Shown here: positions 24,210 to 34,800 of the stretch, one piece after another
Layout of the letters: each line of letters opens with the position of its first letter
Numbering within the stretch: position 1 is the stretch's first letter
NCBI RefSeq assembly: GCF_902713615.1
Contig: NW_024055493.1
Coordinates: forward strand, 1 to 64,000
Source of the DNA: Scyliorhinus canicula
Taxonomy: Eukaryota
DNA length: 64,000 bases
Reading direction: 5' to 3'
Program-made: the position numbers and the translations under genes
The notes under the pieces: model-generated
What the model was told of the DNA's origin: nothing
Database searches by the model: none
The model's input: only the letters and a program-made list of their open reading frames with translations

Positions 24210-25320
24210 CCTCCCACCTTACCCCAAGAGGATTAGAAAACTGCCAATGTGACACCCTTATTCAAAAGGGAGGGTGTCAAAAACAGGTAACTATAGGCTA
24301 GGGACCTTAACATCTGTCAGTGGAAAACGGTTCGAGTCCATTATAACAGATCCAATAGCTGAGCATTTCGAAATACATAATATAATCAAACAGAGTCAGC
24401 ACGGCTTCGTGAAGGGGAAATCATGCCTGAAAACTTTATTGCCCTTGTTCGAGGTGATAAGGAGAAGGCTGGAGAAGGGGGAATCAGTAGATGTAATATA
24501 CATGAATTTCAAAATTGTGTTTAATAAATGAATGTACTATTCCCACGGCTGGAGATGACAAAAATATAAAGGCAAGTGGTGAGGTTACAGAAAATCTAGA
24601 GAGGGACAGAGGTGGCTTAAGTTACTGAGTAAAAACTTGGCAGATGGAACATAATGTAGGAAAATGTGAGTTTAGACACTTTGGTAGGAGGAGGAACATA
24701 ACGGAATATTATTTAGATGGAGAAAGACTGCAGAAAGCTGAAGTAACGGGGGAATTGGGGGCCCTCGTGCAGAAACCACACAAAGCAAGTTCTGCAGGTA
24801 ATATGGAGACAAATTGAATGTTGACATTTATTTCAAAGGGAATAGAATATAAACCTGGCTCAAACTATACAAAGTTAGACTAGTTAGACTAGTTAGACGA
24901 CACCTGATATACTTTGAATAGTTTTCGTGCCCTTACCTAAGGAAGACAGATTGGTTTTGAAGGCAGTCCAGAGAAGGATCACGAGGGATGGAGGGATTTT
25001 CTTACAGGGAGAGGTTAAGTAGGCTGGGCCTGGACTGATTGGAGTTTAGAAGAATGAAGGCGGCCTAATTGAGACATGAAAGATTCTCAGGGAGCTTTGG
25101 AGTGTAGTCGCTGAGAGGTTGTTTCCCCTGTGGGAGCATCTCGGACCAGCGTGCAGGATCACATAGTCAATGTTCGCCCATTTCAGACAGAGATGAGAAG
25201 GAATTTCCTCTCTCAGAGCGTCGGGGAGCTGTAGAATTATTTAACCCAGGGTGCTGTAGATTCTGGGTTGTTCAGTATGTTCAAGGTCGAGAGAGACATA
25301 TTTTCAACCAATGAGAGATA
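24210..25320 (+). mobile_element. Decayed CR1-type LINE RT/3' region in the Cmu3-Cmu4 intron
   Basis: QSQHGFVKGKSCL RT motif (ORF 24274-24531) and CR1 3' motifs. Confidence 0.8.
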
Positions 25321-25896
25321 TGGGATTGGATTTTGTTTATTGTCACGTGTACCGAGGTACAGTGAAAAGTATTTTTCTGCGAGCAGCTCAACAGATCATT
25401 AAGTACATGAAAAGAAAGGGAAATAAAATAAAATACATAACGGCAACATAAGGTACACAATGTAACTACTTAACACCGGCATCGGGTGAAGCATACAGAG
25501 GTGTAGTGTTAATGAGGTCAGTCCGTTAGGAGGTCGTTTAGGTGTCTGGTAACAGCGGGAGAAGGCGGGAAAGAGGAGTTGAAGGCCATCACATCAGATC
25601 AGTTATGATCTCATTGAAGGCTGTATCAGTGTTGTTGGGCTGAATGGCCTACGTCTGCTCCTAAGTCTTGTGGTCATTGCTCTAGCTCCGTCTAAACCCC
25701 ATATCACTGCTTTTAATTCATTGTTCCTTCATCTACGTATCAATTTCCCCCTTAAGATCAACAGGCCCAAAATATTTATTCGTGGAATTACCAATCAGAA
25801 TGGACCATAAATACACTGAATGCTAAATACTGACCGCTGCACTGACACTAGAAATAGACACAATGACTCACTTATTGCTTCAGTTTCACCGCTCAC

Positions 25897-26205
25897 CTAT
25901 TTTTTTGTGGATTGAAATTCTTAAAGGAGTTGGCAGGTCCTGATGGCTCACCACACAGTCAAACACAGCCCCACTCAGCCAGGCTTGTGTCGAGATGTTT
26001 AATTTGCTGACCACGCTCTCAGTATCTGCCCCAGGCTGGTCGGCAATCTCTGATTTCAGCGGCTTCTTCGCTTCACTCCAGGACACGTTGACTCCATAAG
26101 GAGCATCCGAAATGACGCAGGTTAAGGTGACAGTCGCGTCCAGTAAGACCTGTTCTATTGGTGGTGGCAGTATTGTTACTGAGGCGGTAGTGGAACCGGA
26201 AGGAT
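25897..26205 (-). CDS. IGHM: IgM Cmu3 exon
   Basis: C1-set domain VTLTCVIS...VSW...[13 protein letters not shown]; CACAG| acceptor and |GTGAGC donor; 309 nt, phase 1/1. Confidence 0.96.
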
Positions 26206-26826
26206 CTGTGAATGAAAAAGTGGAAATCAACCCAAGTTTCAGCTTCAGAATCAGGACAGCAGGATTCAGCCTTCACTCACTCAATGGGAATAAATCAACT
26301 TCGAAACTTCTAATGATCGCCATTAATCTTCTGTACACCAGTTTTGTCACCTTAAACGATTCTCATTGTGAAATACAGTGAGCCCCAATGGCATTCTAAT
26401 GAATGAGTATTTCAGCATTCCCAATACAAATATTCCAATCCTTATCTCGGAAACCTAATACGGAAGGCTGATTTATAAATAGGTTGAATGAACTTTCCAA
26501 CACTTTACCTTGGAGCTGTTATCAATAAAGGTGTTCAGACACCCACTGCCTCTCAAATATAATCAGCTGTCTCAGGATAAAGCTGATATCAAGGCCACCT
26601 CACTCACTAAATGATTTCAAATTAGAGGCAAACATTTATTTCTCTGCTGATCAAATCCTGAATGGTGAGCAATCCTAATGTAGCTCTTACATCAGAATGA
26701 AACACAAACTACATGGCAGTAAATTAGAAGTTATTTTGTGCTTTGTACTGATTTTAATAAATACCTGATTTTGATTAATATCAGAGTGCAGGATGATTTA
26801 TTGTTTCCTCTGTTTGTGTCTCTTAC

Positions 26827-27135
26827 CAGATGCGGTGATGTTGTGACTTTGGGTGACCTCTTGATGAGTGACCTGGCAGGTATAGACGGCTTTGCTGAAC
26901 CATTCCCCAGCAGAGACTGTCAGCCGACTGCTCGCCGAGAAGTTCCCATTTACTTCACAGGCGGAAGAGGTGACAATTCCTGAACCCATGGCTTGTCCAT
27001 TCTTCAGCCACTTTACCGTGATTGAATTTGGCTTGAAGTCGTTAATTGAACAGACGATGGTTGCAAATTTCTGTCTTGTGATTTCTTCACTGGAACTCAC
27101 GGTGATGAGCACATTTGGAGCATAAATTTTGGGAC
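26827..27135 (-). CDS. IGHM: IgM Cmu2 exon
   Basis: [23 protein letters not shown]...YTCQVTH; TTGAAG| acceptor and |GTAAGA donor; 309 nt. Confidence 0.96.
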
Positions 27136-27344
27136 CTTCAAGAAACACAATGAGATATTTCTTGCAGAAGAAATTGATAAACAAAATGAGTTCATATACT
27201 TAAAAAAATGTTTGTGGTCAATAGACACTAAGCTGGATTTTCCAGGGATCAGGAATATGCAGAGTATTACAAATTAGTTATATCCAAGACCCTATATAAG
27301 GTAATCATAGGTTTTCTATTTCTCACAGGTTCCACAACACTTAC

Positions 27345-27644
27345 ATTCCATTCCAATGCTCTTGTCTGAGCCGCTGTGTCGAACCTCACAGCTGATTTTG
27401 CTGCATCCCCCCTCTGACTCGGTGATGGTTAACTGGCTGCTCAGGGTGTAGGTTCCCTTCTTGTTTTTTACTGACGTGTATTTCTTAACTCCTGTGGTGA
27501 TCGGCTGCCCATCGTTCTTCCAGGTGAGGCTGGTGATTTCTGGGGAGTAGTCCATCGCCAAACAGCCGTAGGTCACGGAGCCGTCGATGTTGTGTTGCTG
27601 ACAGGAGGAGACCAGACTGTAGAGAGTGGGCGGAGTCGGTGTCA
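27345..27644 (-). CDS. IGHM: IgM Cmu1 exon
   Basis: [17 protein letters not shown]...[10 protein letters not shown]...TW...ISCEVRH; CCCCAG| acceptor and |GTAAGT donor; 300 nt, in frame with JH. Confidence 0.96.
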
Positions 27645-27957
27645 CTGGGGGAGAATGGCCCATTCAACAAGTTAGACTCTGGTATTTGTGATTTATAAGT
27701 AACCAAGCATTTCATAATTTGACTAGAACTATGATTTTATCCTAACATTTCCGATTAAATCCCACATCCACATTGAATCTTCTATCAGTTCTATCGTTCG
27801 GAATCACCTACTTTTTGTCCCTTCTTCAGAAACTCACCTCTTTCTCCGTCTCTATAAAAAAAATATTTTGATGTAATCTGAATGGTGTAACTTTCATTGG
27901 ATTGAAAGAGAGGAGCAGAGCGTTTTCTCCATTATTTCAGCCACCATGTAATATAAA

Positions 27958-27965
27958 ATGCAAAT
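27958..27965. promoter_or_regulatory. Perfect octamer motif ATGCAAAT (ATTTGCAT on the gene strand)
   Basis: Exact match about 315 nt upstream of Cmu1; function not shown. Confidence 0.4.
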
Positions 27966-27984
27966 GAGGCCATAGTCCCGGAGA

Positions 27985-28155
27985 CTGTTCTTTCCCTTTG
28001 AGAGCTGACTGTGGTGATTTAACCTGAGGGTTACCACACATCAGGCCAGGAGCAAGGTTGAGAATGGGGGTCTTCATGAATAACCTCAGCCGGTACAGCA
28101 ATTGAACCCGCACTGTTGGGATCGCTCTTCGTGACGACCGTCCAGCTAACTGAGC
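27985..28155 (-). mobile_element. tRNA-derived SINE whose 5' head runs into the 29-bp array
   Basis: Minus strand AGCTCAGTTAGCTGGACGG...GGGTTCAATTG; body homologous to 12410-12597. Confidence 0.7.
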
Positions 28156-28517
28156 TGTGTACGTCACAATCCAACTAACTGAGCTGTGTACGTCACAGTC
28201 CACCTAACTGAGCTGTGTACGTCACAATCCAGCTAATTGAGCTGTGTACGTCACAATCCAGCTAACTGAGCTATGTATGTCACAATCCAACTAACTGAGC
28301 TATGTACGTCACAATCCAGCTAACTGAGCTGTGTACGTCACAATCCAACTAACTGAGCTATGTACGTCACAATCCAGCTAACTGAGCTATGTATGTCACA
28401 AACCAGCTGACTGAGCTGTGTACGTCACAATCCAGCTAACTGAGCTGTGTACGTCACAATCCAGCTAACTGAGCTATGTACGTCACAAACCAGCTGACTG
28501 AGCTGTGTACGTCACAA
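28141..28517. repeat. 13 x 29-bp tandem array rich in AGCT and TGACGT
   Basis: Unit TCCAGCTAACTGAGCTGTGTACGTCACAA; hand count 22 AGCT and 11 ACGTCA. Confidence 0.97.
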
Positions 28518-28999
28518 TCAATTTGTCTTACAAACGTTGTCTCTTCATTTGTATCTTTGCAGTTTTGGGAAATTCCCTTTGTTCAAACTGACTGATGCCC
28601 CCGCCTCTCTCCACCTCACTACCTCCACTCCCCAAACCAGAGAATAGTGGCTTTGCTTCAAAAACACCTTCTGAATGCACCTTTATATAATTACAATAAA
28701 ACTCTACATTTGAGTAATTGCAACATTCACTAATTTTAGGATCATGCACATTGACAGCGGAGGAGGTCATTCAATCCGTGGAGTCTCCTCCCCCATTCAG
28801 TGAGAGCCTGCCTGTGTTGATTGTGCAGTTAATTTCACATTCCGCCTGTCACTGAGACCGGGCTGTCTGCAATCCCCCCCGCACCGCCCTGCGCTCTCTG
28901 TGTGTTCCCCCATCTCTCTGCGGTTCCCGCTGGATTGCGGCACCTTCCTCCTAGTCCCTTCACTATCGTTTAGCTCTCTGCTCTTTTCCACGGCTCTCT

Positions 29000-29960
29000 G
29001 CGCTTTCCTCCGCATCTCTGCACTTTCGGCTCTGAATTTTCTTCCTGCTCTTTGCGCTTTGCCCATGTGTGCTGCACTTTCCCCAGTTCTTTCGACTTTT
29101 CCCGGTTCCTGGCACTTTCCCCGGGCTTTTTGAACATTTCGCCAGCACCGTACGCTTTACCCCGATTCTTATGGCTTATCGCCCACTCTATGGACTTTCG
29201 TCCGGCTCTCTGCACTTGCGCCAGCTCTCTGCACCTTTCCTCGGCTCTCTGCTCCTTCCCCCGGCTCTCTGCGCCTCCCCCCGGTCCCCGGCTCTCTGCA
29301 CTTCCCCCTGCTCTCGCTCCCTTCCCCCGGCTCTCTGCACTTTCCCCCGGCTCTCTCCTCCTTCCCCCGGTTCTCTGCTGCTTCCCCGGCTCTTGGCGCC
29401 TTCCCCAGGCTCTCTGCTCCTTCCCCCGGCTCTCTCCTCCTTCCCCCGACTCTCTGCTGCTTCCCCGGCTCTTGGCGCCTTCCCCGGCTCCCTGCACTTC
29501 CCCCGGCTCCTGCACTCCCACTCACCCCCCCCCCCCCGCCCCCCGCTCTCTGCACCTTTCCTGGCACTTTCCCCGGGCTTTTTGAACATTTCGCCAGCAC
29601 CGTACGCTTTACCCCGATTCTTATGGCTTATCGCCCACTCTATGGACTTTCGTCCGGCTCTCTGCACTTGCGCCAGCTCTCTGCTCCTTCCCCCGACTCC
29701 CTGCTCCTCCCCCCGGCTCTCCGCACTTTCCCCAGGCTCTCTGCTCCTTCCCCCGACTCCCTGCTCCTCCCCACGGCTCTCCGCACTTTCCCCTGGCTCT
29801 CTGCTCCTTCCCCCTGGCTCTCTGCCCCTTCCCCCGGCTCTCGGCTCCTTCCCCCGGCTCTCTGCCCCTTCCCCCGGCTCTCTGCTCCTTCCCCCGGCTC
29901 TCGGCGCCTTCCCCCGGCTCCCTGCTCCTTCCCCCGGCTCTCGGCACTTTCCTACGGCTC
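29000..29960. repeat. About 20-bp degenerate repeat, C-rich on + and G-rich on the IgM sense strand
   Basis: CTTCCCCCGGCTCTCTGCTC variants; an internal block of about 125 bp is duplicated (about 29107-29230 and 29559-29685). Confidence 0.9.
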
Positions 29961-30084
29961 TCGCCACTCCCGTGTTATGCAGCCACATTCGGGCGCCACT
30001 GGACATCAGTTTCGCTCCAGTTCTCTATTCCTCTCTCGCTGCAGATGCTCCCTTGCCCATTTCCTGAGCATCAGTGAGAGAGGA

Positions 30085-30560
30085 TGAGTGAGTAACTGAG
30101 TGAGGGTAGGAGAGTGAGTGTGGGTGAGTGAGTAACTGAGTGAGGGTAGGAGAGTGAGTGCGGGTGAGTGAGTAACTGAGTGAGGGTAGGAGAGTGAGTG
30201 TGGGTGAGTGAGTAACTGAGGGTAGGAGAGTGAGTGTGGGTGAGTGAGTAACTGAGTGAGGGTAGGAGAGTGAGTGCGGATGAGTGAGTAACTGAGTGAG
30301 GGTAGAAGAGTGAGTGCGGGTGAGTGAGTAACTGAGTGAGGGTAGGAGAGCGAGTGCGGGTGAGTGAGTAACTGAGTGAGGGTAGGAGAGTGAGTGTGGG
30401 TGAGTGAGTAACTGAGTGAGGGTAGGAGAGTCAGTGCGGGTGAGTGAGTAACTGAGTGAGGGTAGGAGAGTGAGTGTGGGTGAGTGAGTAACTGAGTGAG
30501 GGTAGGAGAGTGAGTGTGGGTGAGTGAGTAACTGAGTGAGGGTAGGAGAGTGAGTGTGTG
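30085..30560. repeat. 40-bp tandem repeat, about 12 copies
   Basis: GAGTGAGTAACTGAGTGAGGGTAGGAGAGTGAGTGTGGGT with period 40 (30091, 30131, 30171). Confidence 0.92.
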
Positions 30561-31860
30561 TGAGTGAGTTGGCTGATTGAGGATGTCTGAGTGTTGATGA
30601 GTGGCAGATCAGGGTGAATGACTGAGTGAGGGTAAATGTGTGAGGCTGTGTCACCGAGCACGAATGAGCCAGGATGGGCGAGGGAGAGTGAGTGAGAGGC
30701 AGGAATGAGTGCCGCTGGGTGAGTGAGGTTGTGTAGTTAGAGTCAATGAAGATGAGTGAGCGAGGGTGGGTGAGTCAGGGGGTCGGTGAGTGAGTGAGTT
30801 TGGGTGAGTCAGGGGGTCGACTGCTGGTGAGTGAATGTAGTGGGTGAATGAATGAGGGGGAGTCAGTGACCGTGGGCGAGTGAGGGTGAATGAGTGAGGA
30901 TGAATGAAGGAGGATGTATGAGTGAGTGCGGGTCAGTGAGGATGTAAGTGTGGCTCAGTGAGTGAGGTGCGTCATTGAGAATTAGTGGGTGTGCGAGGAT
31001 GAGTGAGGATGAGTGAGTGGCAGAGAATGAGTGTGGGTGGTGCGCGAGGGTGGGTGTGTGATGGTGGTTGAGTGAGTCAGGGTGAGTGAGGGGATGGGTG
31101 TGGGTAAATGAGGGTGTGTGAGGATGGGTGGGTGAGTGAGGGTGAGTGATAGTGGGTGACAGAGTGTGGGTGCGTCTGGTGAGGGTGTCTCAATAAGGGT
31201 GTATGAGGGAATGTTAATGAGTGAGGGTGCGTGAGTGAGGAAGGGTAAGTATCTGTGAGTGAAGGTGTCTGAAAGAGGGCGGGTGCGAGTCTTTGTGAGG
31301 GTGAATGAGTGAGGCTGGATGAGTAAGTATGAATGAGTCATTGTGGATGTGTGAGGGAAGATTCGAAAGCGATGGTGGGTTGGAGGGTGAGTGAGTGAGT
31401 GTGGGGGAGTTAGGGTGGGTGGTGGTATTTGAGTGAGGGGAGAGTGAATGTATCAGTGAGGGTGGGTTAAAGATTGAGGGTGCGTGAGGGTGGGTGTGTG
31501 AGTGTGGGTGAGTGAATAAGCGTGCATGAGGGTGGGTGGGTTAGGGTGTGTGAGGGTGGGTGAGTGAGGGTGTGTGAGGGTAGGGGAGTGAGGGTGTGTG
31601 AGGGTAGGGGAGTGAGGGTGTGTGAGGGTGGGTGAGTGAGGGTGGGTGAGTGAGGGTGTGTCAGGGAGGGTGGGTGAGTGAGGGTGAGTGAGTGACCGTG
31701 GGTGTGAGGGTGTGTGTGAGCGTCGTTAAGGAAAGGTTTGTCATTGAGGATGGGTGAGTGAGGGTGAACGAGTTAGGTTGGGCCTGAAAGGGTGAGTCAA
31801 TCAGGGCGAGTGGTGGTGAATGAGGATGGGTGACTGTGTGTGTGAGGGTGAGGAAGTGAA
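30560..31860. repeat. Degenerate GAGT/GGGT low-complexity tract
   Basis: Irregular G/T/A-rich sequence grading into the 28-bp array. Confidence 0.85.
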
Positions 31861-34800
31861 AGTGTGTCAGAGTGGGTGGGTGAGTGAGAGTGTGTCAGGG
31901 AGGGTGGGTGAGTGAGAGTGTGTCAGGGAGGGTGGGTGAGTGAGAGTGTGTCAGGAAGGGTTGGTGAGTGAGTGTGTCAGGGAGGGTGGGTGAGTGCGGG
32001 TCTGTCAGGGAGGATGGGTGAGTGAGTGTGTGTCAGGGAGGGAGGGTCAGTGAGTGTGTGTCAGGGAGGGTGGGTGAGTGAAAGTGTGTCAGGGAGGGTG
32101 GGTGAGTGAGACTGTGCCAGGGAGAGTGGGTGAGTGTGTGTGTCAGGGAGGGTGGATGACTGAGAGTGTGTCAGGGAGGGTGGGCGAGTGAGAGTGTGTC
32201 AGGGAGGGTGGATGAGTGTGAGTGTGTCAGGGAGGGTGGGTGAGTGAGAGTGAGTCAGGGAGGGTGGGTGAGTGAGAGTGTGTCAGTGAGTGTTAGTCAG
32301 GGAGGGTGGGTGAGTGAGAGTTTCAGGGAGGGTGGATGAGTGTGTGTGTGTCAGGGATGGGGTGGGTGTGTGAGATTGTGTCAGGAGAGTGGGTGAGCGA
32401 AAGTGTGTCAGGGAGGGTATGTGAGTGAGTGTGTGTCAGGGAGGGTGTGTGAGTGAGTGTGTGTCAGGGAGGGTGGGTGATTGAGAGTGTGTCAGGGAGG
32501 GTGTGTGAGTTAGTGTCTGTCAGGGTGGATGGGGTGATGAGTGGGTGTAAGGGAAGGTGGGTCAGTGAGTGTGTGTCAGGGAGGGTGGATGAGTGAGAGT
32601 GTGTCAGGGAGGGTGGGTGAGTGAGAGTGTGTCAGGGAGGGTGGGTGAGTGAGAGTGTGTCAGGGAGGGTAGGTGAGTGAGAATGTGTCAGGGAGGGTGG
32701 AAGAGTGAGAATGTGTCAGGGAGGGTGGGTGTGTGAGAGTGTGTCAGGGAGTGTGGGTGAGTGAGAGTGTGTCAGGGAGGGTGGGTGAGTGAGAGTGTGT
32801 CAGGGAGGGTGGGTGAGTGAGAGTGTGTCAGGGAGTGTGGGTGAGTGAGAGTGTGTCAGGGAGTGTGGGTGAGTGAGAGTGTGTCAGGGAGGGTGGGTGA
32901 GAGAGTGTTTGTCAGGGTGGGTGGGTGAGTGAGAGTGTGTCAGGGAGGGTGGGTGAGAGAGTGAGTGAGGGAGGGTGGGTGAGTGAGAGTGTATCAGGGA
33001 GGGTGGTGAGTGAGAGTTTGTCAGGGAGGGTGGGTGAGAGAGTGAGTGAGGGAGGGTGGGTGAGTGAGAGTGTGTCAGGGAGGGTGGGTGAGTGTGTGAG
33101 TGTGACAGGGGGGCTGGGTGAGTGAGAGTGTGTCGGGGAGGGTGGGTGAGAGAGTGTATCAGGGAGGGTGGTGAGTGAGAGTTTTTCAGGGAGGGTGGGT
33201 GAGAGAGTGAGTGAGGAAGGGTGGGTGAGTGAGAGTGTGTCAGGGAGTGTGGGTGAGTGACAGTGTGTCAGGGAGGGTGGGTGAGTGAGAGTGTGTCAGG
33301 GAGGGTAGGTGAGAGAGTGTTTGTCAGGGTGGGTGGGTGAGTGAGAGTGTGTCAGGGAGGGTGGGTGAGTGAGAGTGTGTCAGGGAGGGTGGGTGAGTGT
33401 GTGAGTGTGTCAGGGAGGGTGGGTGTGTGAGAGTGTGTCAGGGAGGGTGGGTGAGTGAGAGTGTGTCAGGGAGGGTGGGTGAGTGAGAGTGTGTCAGGGA
33501 GGGTGGGTGAGTCTGTGTGTGTCAGGGAGGGTGGGTGAGTGCGAGTGTGTCACGGAGGGTGGGTGAGTCTGTGTGTGTCAGGGAGGGTGGGTGAGTGAGA
33601 GTGTGTCAGGAAGGGTGGTGAGTGAGAGTGTGTCAGTGAGGGTGGGTGAGAGAGAGTGTGTCAGGGAGGGAGGGTGAGTGTGTGTGTGCCAGGGAGGATG
33701 GATGAGTGAGAGTGTGTCAGGGCGGGTGGGTGAATGAGTGTCTGTCAGGGAGGGTGGGGGAGAGTGTGTGTCAGAGAGGGAGGGTGAGTGAGAGAGTGTC
33801 AGGGAGGGTGGGTGAGTGAGTGTGTGTCAGGGAGGGAGGGTCAGTGAGTGTGTGTCAGGGAGGGTGGGTGAGTGAAAGTGTGTCAGGGAGGGTGGGTGAG
33901 TGAGACTGTGCCAGGGAGAGTGGGTGAGTGTGTGTGTCAGGGAGGGTGGATGACTGAGAGTGTGTCAGGGAGGGTGGGCGAGTGAGAGTGTGTCAGGGAG
34001 GGTGGATGAGTGTGAGTGTGTCAGGGAGGGTGGGTGAGTGAGAGTGAGTCAGGGAGGGTGGGTGAGTGAGAGTGTGTCAGTGAGTGTTAGTCAGGGAGGG
34101 TGGGTGAGTGAGAGTTTCAGGGAGGGTGGATGAGTGTGTGTGTGTCAGGGATGGGGTGGGTGTGTGAGATTGTGTCAGGAGAGTGGGTGAGCGAAAGTGT
34201 GTCAGGGAGGGTATGTGAGTGAGTGTGTGTCAGGGAGGGTGTGTGAGTGAGTGTGTGTCTGGGAGGGTGGGTGATTGAGAGTGTGTCAGGGAGGGTGTGT
34301 GAGTTAGTGTCTGTCAGGGTGGATGGGGGTGATGAGTGGGTGTAAGGGAAGGTGGGTCAGTGAGTGTGTGTCAGGGAGCGTGGATGAGTGAGAGTGTGTC
34401 AGGGAGGGTGGGTGAGTGAGAGTGTGTCAGGGAGGGTGGGTGAGTGAGAGTGTGTCAGGGAGGGTGGGTGAGTGAGAATGTGTCAGGGAGGGTGGAAGAG
34501 TGAGAATGTGTCAGGGAGGGTGGGTGTGTGAGAGTGTGTCAGGGAGTGTGGTGAAGTGAGAGTGTGTCAGGGAGGTGGGTGAGTGAGAGTGTGTCAGGGA
34601 GGGTGGGTGAGTGAGAGTGTGTCAGGGAGTGTGGGTGAGTGAGAGTGTGTCAGGGAGTGTGGGTGAGTGAGAGTGTGTCAGGGAGGGTGGGTGAGAGAGT
34701 GTTGTCAGGGTGGGTGGGTGAGTGAGAGTGTGTCAGGGAGGGTGGGTGAGAGAGTGAGTGAGGGAGGGTGGGTGAGTGAGAGTGTATCAGGGAGGGTGGT

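Noticed and set aside
19645-27644. IgW or IgNAR identity, or extra C domains
   Set aside because: Exactly four C1-set exons, a mu-type tailpiece and a mu-type TM were found; no further Ig-domain exon was seen in the introns.
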